This document shows, in pieces, positions 5,528-12,819 of a stretch of 36,074 nt of DNA. A program made the translations under genes and the position numbers. The notes beneath the pieces were generated by a model. It saw only the letters and a list, made by a program, of their open reading frames with translations, did not search any database and was not told the DNA's origin. Location of the stretch: IMG/VR virus record IMGVR_UViG_3300045181_000026; one strand, written 5' to 3'. The DNA comes from a virus. Positions within the stretch are counted from its first letter, which is position 1; each line of letters opens with the position of its first letter.

Positions 5528-5973
5528 CCGGCAACCTCGCGGGTTCCAGCGTGCCGGGCAACTTCCCCACGCCGCAGCCGCCTCTCATCCCGGTCGCCGG
5601 CGGAGAGCCGGAGATCCCTCCGGGCGCGATCGCGGCCCGTCACCCGCGCGCTGATGTCATCGCCGCGGTCAACGTCCCGCTGGCCTCGATGGCGGCCGCC
5701 CGGACGGTACCCAAGCCCGGCCCGCCTGCGCAGCCTGCGCCGGAGTGGGCACCGGCGGACCGTGACCGGCAGTCGGTGGACCGCTCGAAGAAGCTGACGC
5801 AGATCCGAACGCGCCTCGAGTCCGTCGTGCACCTGCTGCGCTCCGCGGACTACCTCGGCTTCCACCGGCTCGACGCGGACGCGCTCGACGTCGCGGCGGT
5901 CGCGGCCGACGTGGCCGGCAAGTCGATCGCCGATCTGCTCCGCCTCATCCCGGAAGACGACTCCGACGACTGA
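5524..5973 (+). CDS. Hypothetical early protein (149 aa)
   Basis: Listed ORF. P-rich N-terminus, helical acidic C-terminus. Followed by hairpin 6012..6049. Confidence 0.55.
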   Translation: MTGNLAGSSVPGNFPTPQPPLIPVAGGEPEIPPGAIAARHPRADVIAAVNVPLASMAAARTVPKPGPPAQPAPEWAPADRDRQSVDRSKKLTQIRTRLESVVHLLRSADYLGFHRLDADALDVAAVAADVAGKSIADLLRLIPEDDSDD

Positions 5974-6011
5974 TCACCGCTGATCAGCGTCGCCCCCACC
6001 CGCAGACAAGA

Positions 6012-6049
6012 CGACGCCCCGGCTATCGACCAAGAAGACCGGGGCGTCG
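6012..6049 (+). terminator. Hairpin (possible attenuator or terminator, no U-tract)
   Basis: 11-bp stem CGACGCCCCGG / CCGGGGCGTCG with a 16-nt loop. Confidence 0.4.
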
Positions 6050-6077
6050 CATCGAACGAACGAATCGAGGCTACGAC

Positions 6078-6467
6078 ATGTGCTACCTGAACGCAGTCGA
6101 CTCGCCACCCGACACCCGCCCGTCGCTGTCGGCCCGCGAGTGCGCGGCATCGCTCGCGCTCACGGATGACGAGCCGCCCGCCGGTGTCGAGCTCGCGGCG
6201 ATCGATGGTGGTGACTCCCGCCCGATCGCGGAGATCCCCTCGATCACCGCGGGGATGATCACCGCGACTCGCTCCCGCATCGACGCCCTCCACGCCCGCT
6301 CGACCCTCGTCCGCGAGACCACGCTCATGGAGGCGCTCGCCGAGCTGCTGGACCTTCTCGAGGGGACGGCGCGCCGGACGGGCGTGATCCGGATCGACGC
6401 GCTCCTCGGGGTGATGGTCGCCCCGCTGCGCCGCGGCGTGGACCCACACGCGGAGATCCGGTCATGA
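6078..6467 (+). CDS. Hypothetical early protein (129 aa)
   Basis: Listed ORF. Its stop overlaps the next start (ATGA). Confidence 0.55.
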   Translation: MCYLNAVDSPPDTRPSLSARECAASLALTDDEPPAGVELAAIDGGDSRPIAEIPSITAGMITATRSRIDALHARSTLVRETTLMEALAELLDLLEGTARRTGVIRIDALLGVMVAPLRRGVDPHAEIRS

Positions 6468-6607
6468 GCGGGGACCTGATCGTGATCTGGGCGATCGCAG
6501 CTGGCCTGGTGGCCCTGCTGGTGCTCGGCGTGCGGGCTGCTCACCGTGACGTGCAGAAGGCCCGGCGGGAACGTATGGCGCGCATGGCGGGGGGTGAGCA
6601 CCGGTGA
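6464..6607 (+). CDS. Small single-TM protein (47 aa)
   Basis: My own translation: MSGDLIVIWAIAAGLVALLVLGVRAAHRDVQKARRERMARMAGGEHR. ATGA and GTGA overlaps on both sides. Below the length cutoff of the ORF track. Confidence 0.55.
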   Translation: MSGDLIVIWAIAAGLVALLVLGVRAAHRDVQKARRERMARMAGGEHR

Positions 6608-7047
6608 GCGTCCACGAGGCCGAGGCCGCGAAGCGCGCCGGCCAGGAGCAGTCGATCGAGGGCCGCGAGGCGTTCAAGGCGCGGTTCTTCGAGGTCGTCG
6701 CCGAGGTCGAGCCGGGCACGTCGGTGTCGGTGAACATCCTGCGGGCCGAGCTCGACCGCGCGAAGATCCCGCCGAGCATGCGTGGCGGCCTGTTCTACGC
6801 GGCATCGAAGGCCGGACTTCTCAAGCCCGCGGTCTGGCAGGACATCTTCGGCCGCATGGTCGACGTCTACGAGCGGTCGACCGGCGCCTCCGCCCACCGG
6901 GCAACCGTCCGCGTCTACCAACGCACCCAGGCGGCCCTGCTCGCCGGCGGGCACGTCCAGATCAACGACGGCCCCGCCGACACCCCCGCGCCGGCCTCAC
7001 CCGTCCCGCTCGAAGGCGACGGAGTCGAGGAGGTCGCCCTGTGGTGA
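6604..7047 (+). CDS. Hypothetical early protein (147 aa)
   Basis: Listed ORF with a GTG start in a GTGA overlap. Balanced composition. Confidence 0.6.
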   Translation: MSVHEAEAAKRAGQEQSIEGREAFKARFFEVVAEVEPGTSVSVNILRAELDRAKIPPSMRGGLFYAASKAGLLKPAVWQDIFGRMVDVYERSTGASAHRATVRVYQRTQAALLAGGHVQINDGPADTPAPASPVPLEGDGVEEVALW

Positions 7048-7424
7048 CCGACGACGAACTCCGCACCCTCCGCGCCGCCGGCCTCACCGCCACGATCGCC
7101 CGCACCGCCACCCCCTGCGACACCGGCTGCGGAGCCCTCACCATCACTCGCCGCTTCATGCCCGACCTCGTGACCACCGGACCCGGCGCGGGGCGCTCGC
7201 CGATGCTCCTGGACGCGGTGCCGGCAGCGGAGGACGACGTGACGGCGCAGTACGCGGTCGATCGCCTCTCGGGCTGGTGCCGCTCGATCACCCAGGCCGC
7301 CCCGTTCGACGAGCGGGACGAGACCAGGCACCACCACCACAACTACACGTGCACCGCCGCCCGTGAGGCCGTGGCGGCAGTGAGCGGCCGCGACTACGCG
7401 GCCGGAGACACCGAGGAGAACTGA
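7044..7424 (+). CDS. Hypothetical early protein (126 aa)
   Basis: GTG 7044 overlaps the previous stop. This is the C-terminal part of listed ORF 6546..7424, whose upstream part is an R/G/P-rich shadow. Confidence 0.55.
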   Translation: MTDDELRTLRAAGLTATIARTATPCDTGCGALTITRRFMPDLVTTGPGAGRSPMLLDAVPAAEDDVTAQYAVDRLSGWCRSITQAAPFDERDETRHHHHNYTCTAAREAVAAVSGRDYAAGDTEEN

Positions 7425-7861
7425 TGAACGACTACCCGGATGCGGTCCTGATCGTCGGCGAGATGCTTGCCTCCGACCTGGTCGGCCGTTCCCACGAGGT
7501 CTACCCGATCGGCCACCACGTCGCCGTGAAGTGCCGCTTCTGCGACCACCTGACGCACTTCAACACGGTCGAGGCCATCGAGCTCTACTGCACGGGCATC
7601 CTCCTCCACGGGTGCAGCCAGTGCGGCATCCACCCCGACCGGGTCCCCGACATCGCCGTCGAGGACGACGACGAGCCCGACACCGCCGCGACGTGCCTCG
7701 ACACCACCTGGGACTGGCCCGACATCGACCGCGAGTACGTCACCCACGACGAGCGCGGCCGACTGCGGCGCCGCATCGAGGGCGCCGTCCTGCTGACCGT
7801 CGGTCTCGGCATGGCAGCGGTCTCCGCCGTCGGCTGGCTCGCGAGGCGGTGGGCCCGGTGA
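7424..7861 (+). CDS. Zn-ribbon protein with a C-terminal TM anchor (145 aa)
   Basis: CRFC...CSQC motifs, and a C-terminal LLTVGLGMAAVSAVGWL segment. Confidence 0.6.
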   Translation: MNDYPDAVLIVGEMLASDLVGRSHEVYPIGHHVAVKCRFCDHLTHFNTVEAIELYCTGILLHGCSQCGIHPDRVPDIAVEDDDEPDTAATCLDTTWDWPDIDREYVTHDERGRLRRRIEGAVLLTVGLGMAAVSAVGWLARRWAR

Positions 7862-8688
7862 CTCACCTTGTCGTGAAGCGCGGCGAGTTCCGGGCCACTC
7901 TCGCCGCTCTGGTGCCGCTGGCTGGCAAGCAGACGGACGACACACCGTCGCTGGGCCGGATCCGGTTCTTGCCCACGGGCGATGGCCTGGTGGCGTGGAC
8001 GACCGATAACGGGGCGGAAGCAGTCGCGGTCTGCGAGATCGAAGACGCGCCCGGCGGTGACGCTGACGGTTTCGACATGGAGATCGCCGAGGCGCAGGCC
8101 GCGCTCGCGGTCATCCGAAAGCCGTCCGCGAAGGATCTCGCCGCGGTGTGGGACAAGGAGCCTCTCGAGCTTCTCGTCGTGCCCGGCAAAATCCTCCCCG
8201 ACGGGAACCAGGGCGCGGACCACCTGAGCCTGACCGAGGTTGGCACCTTGTTCGGCGCCCGGCAGGTCAAGGTCCCGCTCGTGAAGGCCCACGTGGATAG
8301 CGACGGCAAGGACGACTACCCGGACGTGCCTGCGAACGTCGCGGCGGTGCTTCGCGTGATCGAGCCGGCCGGGCCGCTGGTCGGTGGCCGCATCGGTGCG
8401 CTGCAGAAGCTCGTGAAGGCGGCCGCGTTGTTCAGCGAGACCGTGACCGTTGGGTCCGTCGAGAACACGCTCATCGTCCGCCCTGTGGGGGGCCGGTTCG
8501 TCGGGCTCCACCACCTGGCAGCGGAGACCCGCGATCTGACCGCCGGCAACGTGCAGGTCTCTCTCATGCGCGACTTCGCGGACCAGGCTTCCGCGGCCGC
8601 GAGGGGTGACGTCGGCGACCTCGCCGCCGAGCTTTCTCGCCGGATCATGCACGGTGCGTTGCAGGTCGTGTCTGGGGGCAAGTCATGA
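7858..8688 (+). CDS. DnaN (sliding-clamp beta)-like protein, short form (276 aa); tentative
   Basis: The N-terminus KRGEFRATLAALVPLAGKQTDDTPSLGRIRF..GLVAWTTDNGAEAV resembles the DnaN domain-I pattern (..L..v..v.....t.P.L..v.......l...atD.e.a). GTGA overlap start. Confidence 0.35.
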   Translation: MTHLVVKRGEFRATLAALVPLAGKQTDDTPSLGRIRFLPTGDGLVAWTTDNGAEAVAVCEIEDAPGGDADGFDMEIAEAQAALAVIRKPSAKDLAAVWDKEPLELLVVPGKILPDGNQGADHLSLTEVGTLFGARQVKVPLVKAHVDSDGKDDYPDVPANVAAVLRVIEPAGPLVGGRIGALQKLVKAAALFSETVTVGSVENTLIVRPVGGRFVGLHHLAAETRDLTAGNVQVSLMRDFADQASAAARGDVGDLAAELSRRIMHGALQVVSGGKS

Positions 8689-8864
8689 CCTGCCGGCCGC
8701 GCTGCTTCACCTGCCGGGCCGAGGGGCTCGAGCTCGCGCACATCAATGTCCACGGGTACGAGTGGGCGATCTGCAAGGCGTGTGTCGACCGGTACGAGTT
8801 CTTCCCGCCCGCCGTCCACCGCCGCCTGCAGGGGGCCTTCGCCAGGCGGGCGGTCGCGGCGTGA
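8685..8864 (+). CDS. Small zinc-ribbon protein (59 aa)
   Basis: My own translation: MTCRPRCFTCRAEG...WAICKACVDRYEFF.., with CxxC pairs. ATGA and GTGA overlaps on both sides. Confidence 0.55.
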   Translation: MTCRPRCFTCRAEGLELAHINVHGYEWAICKACVDRYEFFPPAVHRRLQGAFARRAVAA

Positions 8865-9127
8865 CTCTCGCCAACCTGTCCCCGCAGCCCTGGATGGACG
8901 AAGCGCTCTGCGCGCAGTCCTGGCCGGACGCGTGGTTCCCCGGCAAGGGTGAGACCGCCGGCCGCGCCAGGGCCATCTGTGACACCTGCCCCGTCAAGGC
9001 CGCCTGCCGCGACTACGCCGACAGCTTCGAGCCGAACAGACCCGACGACATGTTCGGCATGTACGGCGGAGAGTCCCCCGCCGAGCGGTACGCCCGACGC
9101 CGAGCAGCACGGGAGGCCGCAGCATGA
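8861..9127 (+). CDS. whiB: WhiB-family transcription factor (88 aa)
   Basis: C-x22-CxxC-x5-C pattern with context ALCAQ..PDAWFP..GRARAICDTCPVKAACRDYA. Confidence 0.85.
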   Translation: MTLANLSPQPWMDEALCAQSWPDAWFPGKGETAGRARAICDTCPVKAACRDYADSFEPNRPDDMFGMYGGESPAERYARRRAAREAAA

Positions 9128-9630
9128 GCGACCTCGACGTCTGGGACGTCATCCAGTTGACGGTGCGCAACCTGTACCGGGAGTACGCCGACCTGCTCTT
9201 CGACGGCGACTGCCACAAGCCCGAGAATCACGGCTGGCACGGCGCCGACGCGCAGGGCTGCGCGACCCCGAAGGGCGTCTGGGCGACGACGAGTAACCCC
9301 CACGCCAGCAGCCCCGACGCGACGTGGGCGCAGATCCGCAAGGAACTGGTCGCCCGCCTCGACTTCAAACCGATGCTGGCCCTGCGCGCTCAGGAGCGGA
9401 CCGCATATGCGGAGTACTGCGCCGCCGCGCACGAGTACTCCCTCGGGTACATCGACGGCACCGTGACCGACGAGCAGCGCGAGCGGGATCGTCGCGCGGT
9501 CGCCGAGCACATCCGATTGGACCGTGCGCTGGCGGCGGCCCTGGTCGCTGCCGTCGCCGCCGCTCCCTCTGGTGTCCCGGACGACCTCGGTACGCCGAGC
9601 ATGCTCGACCTCCTCGAGGTGACGGCATGA
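9124..9630 (+). CDS. Hypothetical early protein (168 aa) ending in DDLGTPSMLDLLEVTA
   Basis: Listed ORF with ATGA overlaps at both ends. Confidence 0.6.
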   Translation: MSDLDVWDVIQLTVRNLYREYADLLFDGDCHKPENHGWHGADAQGCATPKGVWATTSNPHASSPDATWAQIRKELVARLDFKPMLALRAQERTAYAEYCAAAHEYSLGYIDGTVTDEQRERDRRAVAEHIRLDRALAAALVAAVAAAPSGVPDDLGTPSMLDLLEVTA

Positions 9631-9869
9631 CCGACCTCCTCGACCTCCTCGCCGCGGAGATCGCCCCGTCCAGGACGCACATGGTGCTGCCCGACATGGG
9701 CACCGCCTGCGGCCGCACCGTCCTCGACGTCACCGACGCCGACAGTGCCGGCGCGCGGCTCACGTTCACGGTCGGCCGGGCCACGTGCCCCGAGTGTGCG
9801 GCCGCCGACCCCAACGAGCTGCGGGCCGAGATGCAGGCCATGCAGTACCGGCAGGCGAAAGCCGCATGA
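9627..9869 (+). CDS. Small Cys-containing protein (80 aa)
   Basis: ATG 9627 in an ATGA overlap. MTDLLDLLAAE... with ...CG... and CPEC. Confidence 0.55.
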   Translation: MTDLLDLLAAEIAPSRTHMVLPDMGTACGRTVLDVTDADSAGARLTFTVGRATCPECAAADPNELRAEMQAMQYRQAKAA

Positions 9870-10138
9870 CCTCCTGGCCCACCCCCGACCACGGGCACCT
9901 CGTCGAGGCGACCCGCGTGCACCGAGCACCCCACCTCACCGAGCGACTCCGCACCGTGTGGGCACTCATCGCCCGAGGCGACGCCGTCAGCATCGACGGC
10001 CAGCACTGGGCCGATCACCAGTACTGCGACCTCATCGACATCGTCCCCATGGTCGCCGTCCCGAGGGGCGACGTCTCGACGGGCGACGTCGACGAGCTTG
10101 GCACGCCCTCGCTGCTCACCGGAATGGAGACGACATGA
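9866..10138 (+). CDS. Hypothetical early protein (90 aa) ending in DELGTPSLLTGMETT
   Basis: ATG 9866 in an ATGA overlap. This is the C-terminal part of listed ORF 9785..10138. Confidence 0.55.
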   Translation: MTSWPTPDHGHLVEATRVHRAPHLTERLRTVWALIARGDAVSIDGQHWADHQYCDLIDIVPMVAVPRGDVSTGDVDELGTPSLLTGMETT

Positions 10139-10593
10139 CCGCGCACGATCACCGCGCCAACGTCCCGGGCTGCTTCCGCTGTGACCTGAGCGATGCCGAG
10201 ATCGGTGCCGGCCTCGAGGTCGTCATCCCTGCCTCCGCGTGGTTCACCTCGAACCGGTTCCCCCGCAACGTCCACCACCACACCGCGATGAAGGAACAGC
10301 TGAGGTGGCTCGCGAGGGCCGCCTACGCGGCTGCGGGCAGGCCCGTCGTGACGGTGGCCGGCCTGGTGGATGTGCTGTGGACGATCGGCTACCCGACGGC
10401 CGGCGAGGCGGACGCATCGAACTCCCAGCCGGTGTGCAAGGCCCTGCTGGATCAGTACGTGCGCGAGGGCCTGCTGGGCGGCGACAGCCAGCTCCACATC
10501 CGGCGCGAGTCCTGGGAGCACTCCCCACTCCGCGCCCCCAAGGGCACGCACACCGTGCGCCTGACCATCACCGCTCTACCCACGGAGGACTGA
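10135..10593 (+). CDS. rusA: RusA-like Holliday junction resolvase (152 aa)
   Basis: EADASNSQPVCKALLDQYVREGLLGGDSQLH fits the RusA core pattern D.DN..K...D.l...g...DD.q. Confidence 0.55.
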   Translation: MTAHDHRANVPGCFRCDLSDAEIGAGLEVVIPASAWFTSNRFPRNVHHHTAMKEQLRWLARAAYAAAGRPVVTVAGLVDVLWTIGYPTAGEADASNSQPVCKALLDQYVREGLLGGDSQLHIRRESWEHSPLRAPKGTHTVRLTITALPTED

Positions 10594-10596
10594 CCC

Positions 10597-10773
10597 ATGC
10601 TGAACGAATCCCCCCGCCGCCCAGGCCGCCGCCCCGGCCACCGACCCGGTGTCGTTGGCCGCGTCATCGGCGCAACGATCTTGTGCCTGATCGGCGTCGC
10701 CATCATGATCGGCCTACTCACCCTCGTCGGCTACGCCGTGAAGGCGCTCGCCACCGCGTGGGGGTGGATGTGA
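10597..10773 (+). CDS. Small membrane protein (58 aa)
   Basis: My own translation: MLNESPRRPGRRPGHRPGVVGRVIGATILCLIGVAIMIGLLTLVGYAVKALATAWGWM. Confidence 0.5.
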   Translation: MLNESPRRPGRRPGHRPGVVGRVIGATILCLIGVAIMIGLLTLVGYAVKALATAWGWM

Positions 10774-11345
10774 TGGCCTCCTGGCCGACGGCGTACCTGA
10801 TCGAGGCCACCCCGTCCGGTGGCCGGCCGGACTACTTCGTGCGTGACCTGGCAGGGCACTACCAGGCGATCGGTGGGGGGCAGCGGCTCTACCGGGACGG
10901 CACCGACCGCCTCGACAACGTGGTGCCGGTGACGATCGTCCGGTCCGGCGAGCTGCGGCACCTGCGGGACATCGTCCTGACGGGGTCGGATCGTGAGGTC
11001 GCGGACGCATGCCGCGCACTGTGTGCCGGCGCGATGGATGAGACGGCAGCGGCACGACCGCGCAGTCAGGAACGTCGGCACGCAGAAACGGCCGCCGTCT
11101 CGCGCTCAGGGAGCGGGAGGCGAGTCCCGACGGTGAGCCTTGCGGCGAATCACGGCGATCACGGCGGTGCCGACGAACAGCACAACACCGATAAGACCCA
11201 GCCAGAGCAGTCCCTTAAGCATGAATCCGACGATCGACAGGATCAACCAGGCGACGAGCAGCACCACTATCAGAGTTCCCATGTCGCGACGGTACGCCCT
11301 AACCGCTGTGTCCACACTCCGCAGGAAGTCGCGGGCGAGCGATGA
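10773..11345 (+). CDS. Hypothetical early protein; the 3' third runs antisense to 11106..11282
   Basis: ATG overlaps the upstream TGA. The first ~100 codons look coding. There is no in-frame stop until 11345. Confidence 0.45.
   Translation: MASWPTAYLIEATPSGGRPDYFVRDLAGHYQAIGGGQRLYRDGTDRLDNVVPVTIVRSGELRHLRDIVLTGSDREVADACRALCAGAMDETAAARPRSQERRHAETAAVSRSGSGRRVPTVSLAANHGDHGGADEQHNTDKTQPEQSLKHESDDRQDQPGDEQHHYQSSHVATVRPNRCVHTPQEVAGER
11106..11282 (-). CDS. Small 2-TM membrane protein (58 aa), reverse-oriented and lower in GC
   Basis: MGTLIVVLLVAWLILSIVGFMLKGLLWLGLIGVVLFVGTAVIAVIRRKAHRRDSPPAP. Hand-counted blocks give 55-60% G+C. GC3 is about 74%, against about 67% for the overlapping + frame. Confidence 0.6.
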   Translation of the reverse strand: MGTLIVVLLVAWLILSIVGFMLKGLLWLGLIGVVLFVGTAVIAVIRRKAHRRDSPPAP

Positions 11346-11539
11346 GCCGGTCACGGGATCGCAAGCGCCGCTCGGACCGCCGCCGGCGCTCGCAAGCACT
11401 GCGGCACGAGGTCGCGGAGGCCCGTCACCTCGTCCGCATGCTCTGCAAGGCCAGGGACCTCGAGACCGAGCAGGGCGACACCATCCTCCGCTCGTGGTTC
11501 CCGGGTGTCCCTGACCACGTGCTGGGGATCGAGCCGTGA
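11342..11539 (+). CDS. Small basic protein (65 aa)
   Basis: Listed ORF with an ATGA overlap. R/K-rich N-terminus. Confidence 0.5.
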   Translation: MSRSRDRKRRSDRRRRSQALRHEVAEARHLVRMLCKARDLETEQGDTILRSWFPGVPDHVLGIEP

Positions 11540-11691
11540 GGGGTGACGCCTGGACCTGCGTCCGGTGCTGGCCACCGCGCCGTTTCCCGGTCGCGTCCCT
11601 CAAGCGTGACCACGACGCACGAGAACACCCCGAGGAGGTGAGACCAGATGACAACGACCAACCAGACCCGCCCGCCGCTCGCAGAGCGTGA
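11536..11691 (+). CDS. Possible small CxxC protein (51 aa)
   Basis: GTG in a GTGA overlap: VRGDAWTCVRCWPP... Overlaps the better-supported 11648 ORF by 44 nt. Confidence 0.3.
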   Translation: MRGDAWTCVRCWPPRRFPVASLKRDHDAREHPEEVRPDDNDQPDPPAARRA

Positions 11692-11755
11692 GCGGTGCCC
11701 GTCCTGCGACGGGTGGATCAATCCGATCACCGGGGAATGCCGGTGCAGCAGCTGA
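11648..11755 (+). CDS. Mini zinc-ribbon protein (35 aa)
   Basis: GAGGAGG lies 8 nt upstream of the ATG. MTTTNQTRPPLAERERCPSCDGWINPITGECRCSS. Confidence 0.5.
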   Translation: MTTTNQTRPPLAERERCPSCDGWINPITGECRCSS

Positions 11756-11778
11756 GACCGAGAGGATGGTGAGCCCGG

Positions 11779-12819
11779 GTGCCGTGGCTCAAGACGGGCG
11801 ACAACGCCGCGACCTACCCAGCACTGACGGGCGCCCGCGGCGTACCCGGCGCGGACTCGCGCACGGTCAACGAGGTCGCGGGCTTCGTGTTCCGGCTCGC
11901 CGCGCAGGCGGCCGCGCACATGACCGACTACCTCGTCGACGTCGGCACCGTCGAGATGATCGGAGGCGCGCGGACTGACGAGCTCGTGCGCGTCGCGATC
12001 ACCGCCGGCCTGCTGACCGAGACGACAACCTCGACCGGAGCACCCTCGTACCGGATCGTCGAGGACCCCGACTTCCTGCACATGCGCACCCGCACGGAGA
12101 TCGAGTGGGAACGCCAGCAGCGCAACGACACCCGAGACCCCCGCATCAAGGCACCCGTGCTCGCACGCGACGGCGACAACTGCCGGCGCTGCGGCATCGG
12201 CGTCCACTGGCGCGGCAAGACGTCCAGCCGCACGGGCACCCTCGACCACCTCCACCCCAAGACCGCCGCGACCATCGACACGATGTTCGTGCTCTGCCTC
12301 GGCTGCAACTCCGCCCGCAAGGACAACCCAGGCTGGGACGACGACCACCCGATACTTCCGGCACCGAAGGCGCCCACCTACGGCGACACGACCGCGAAGT
12401 ACCTCACCGAACACGGATACCGCGAGGCGACCACCAAGGTCACCGAGCAGCGACCCGCAGCGCCGACCGGCAGCTCGGACCCCGCACCCCGCCAGGGTGT
12501 GCGACCCGAAGCGCCGTCGAGCAGCGCGGACACCGCCGCCACCGCGACCCGAGTCTCAAGACGAGTCTCAGACTCGCAGGTCGACAAGAGTCCTCTTGCC
12601 GGGTCGGGACGGGACGGGACTGGCTCGGGTAGGGAACGGGACAGGACAGGCAGGGGCGGGCCAGGACGGGCCAGGACGGGACCGGACGGGCTCGGGCATG
12701 CCTCGGGCCAGGACGGGAACCACCACCCCGCACTCGGGCCACAGGAGAGACCACCAGGCGCTCGCAGGCGGAGGGGTAGGCGTGGTGCCCGTAGGTCCGG
12801 GGGCAGTCATCGTGAGTGA
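11779..12819 (+). CDS. HNH endonuclease-domain protein with a long low-complexity G/R/D-rich tail (346 aa)
   Basis: RDGDNCRRCG...LDHLHP...CLGCNSARKD (HNH with two CxxC pairs). The tail is encoded by the G-rich repeats at 12601-12717. Confidence 0.75.
   Translation: MPWLKTGDNAATYPALTGARGVPGADSRTVNEVAGFVFRLAAQAAAHMTDYLVDVGTVEMIGGARTDELVRVAITAGLLTETTTSTGAPSYRIVEDPDFLHMRTRTEIEWERQQRNDTRDPRIKAPVLARDGDNCRRCGIGVHWRGKTSSRTGTLDHLHPKTAATIDTMFVLCLGCNSARKDNPGWDDDHPILPAPKAPTYGDTTAKYLTEHGYREATTKVTEQRPAAPTGSSDPAPRQGVRPEAPSSSADTAATATRVSRRVSDSQVDKSPLAGSGRDGTGSGRERDRTGRGGPGRARTGPDGLGHASGQDGNHHPALGPQERPPGARRRRGRRGARRSGGSHRE
12601..12717 (+). repeat. G-rich degenerate tandem repeats and G-quadruplex motifs
   Basis: GGGTCGGGACGGGACGGG at 12601-12618. 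Decamer CCAGGACGGG at 12661, 12671 and 12708, with variant ACCGGACGGG at 12681. GCTCGGG-like units recur. Upstream lie two CGAGTCTCA copies and the palindrome CGAGTCTCAGACTCG (12562-12576). Confidence 0.8.

Noticed and set aside
6546-7043. Upstream part of the listed 292-aa ORF 6546..7424
   Set aside because: R/G/P-rich shadow of the better ORF 6604..7047. The real gene most likely starts at GTG 7044.
10239-10772. N-terminal 178 codons of the listed 368-aa ORF 10239..11345
   Set aside because: R/P/G-rich shadow overlapping the RusA-like gene and the small membrane gene. A sensible start (ATG 10773) overlaps the upstream stop.
11425-12414. 329-aa minus ORF opposite the small early genes and the HNH gene
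   Set aside because: The + frames carry an HNH motif and RBS-preceded starts. The minus translation is G/R/V/A-rich and has no features.
12601-12717. A CRISPR-like array
   Set aside because: The units are 7-10 bp, degenerate and contiguous without spacers. The whole tract lies inside an open reading frame.
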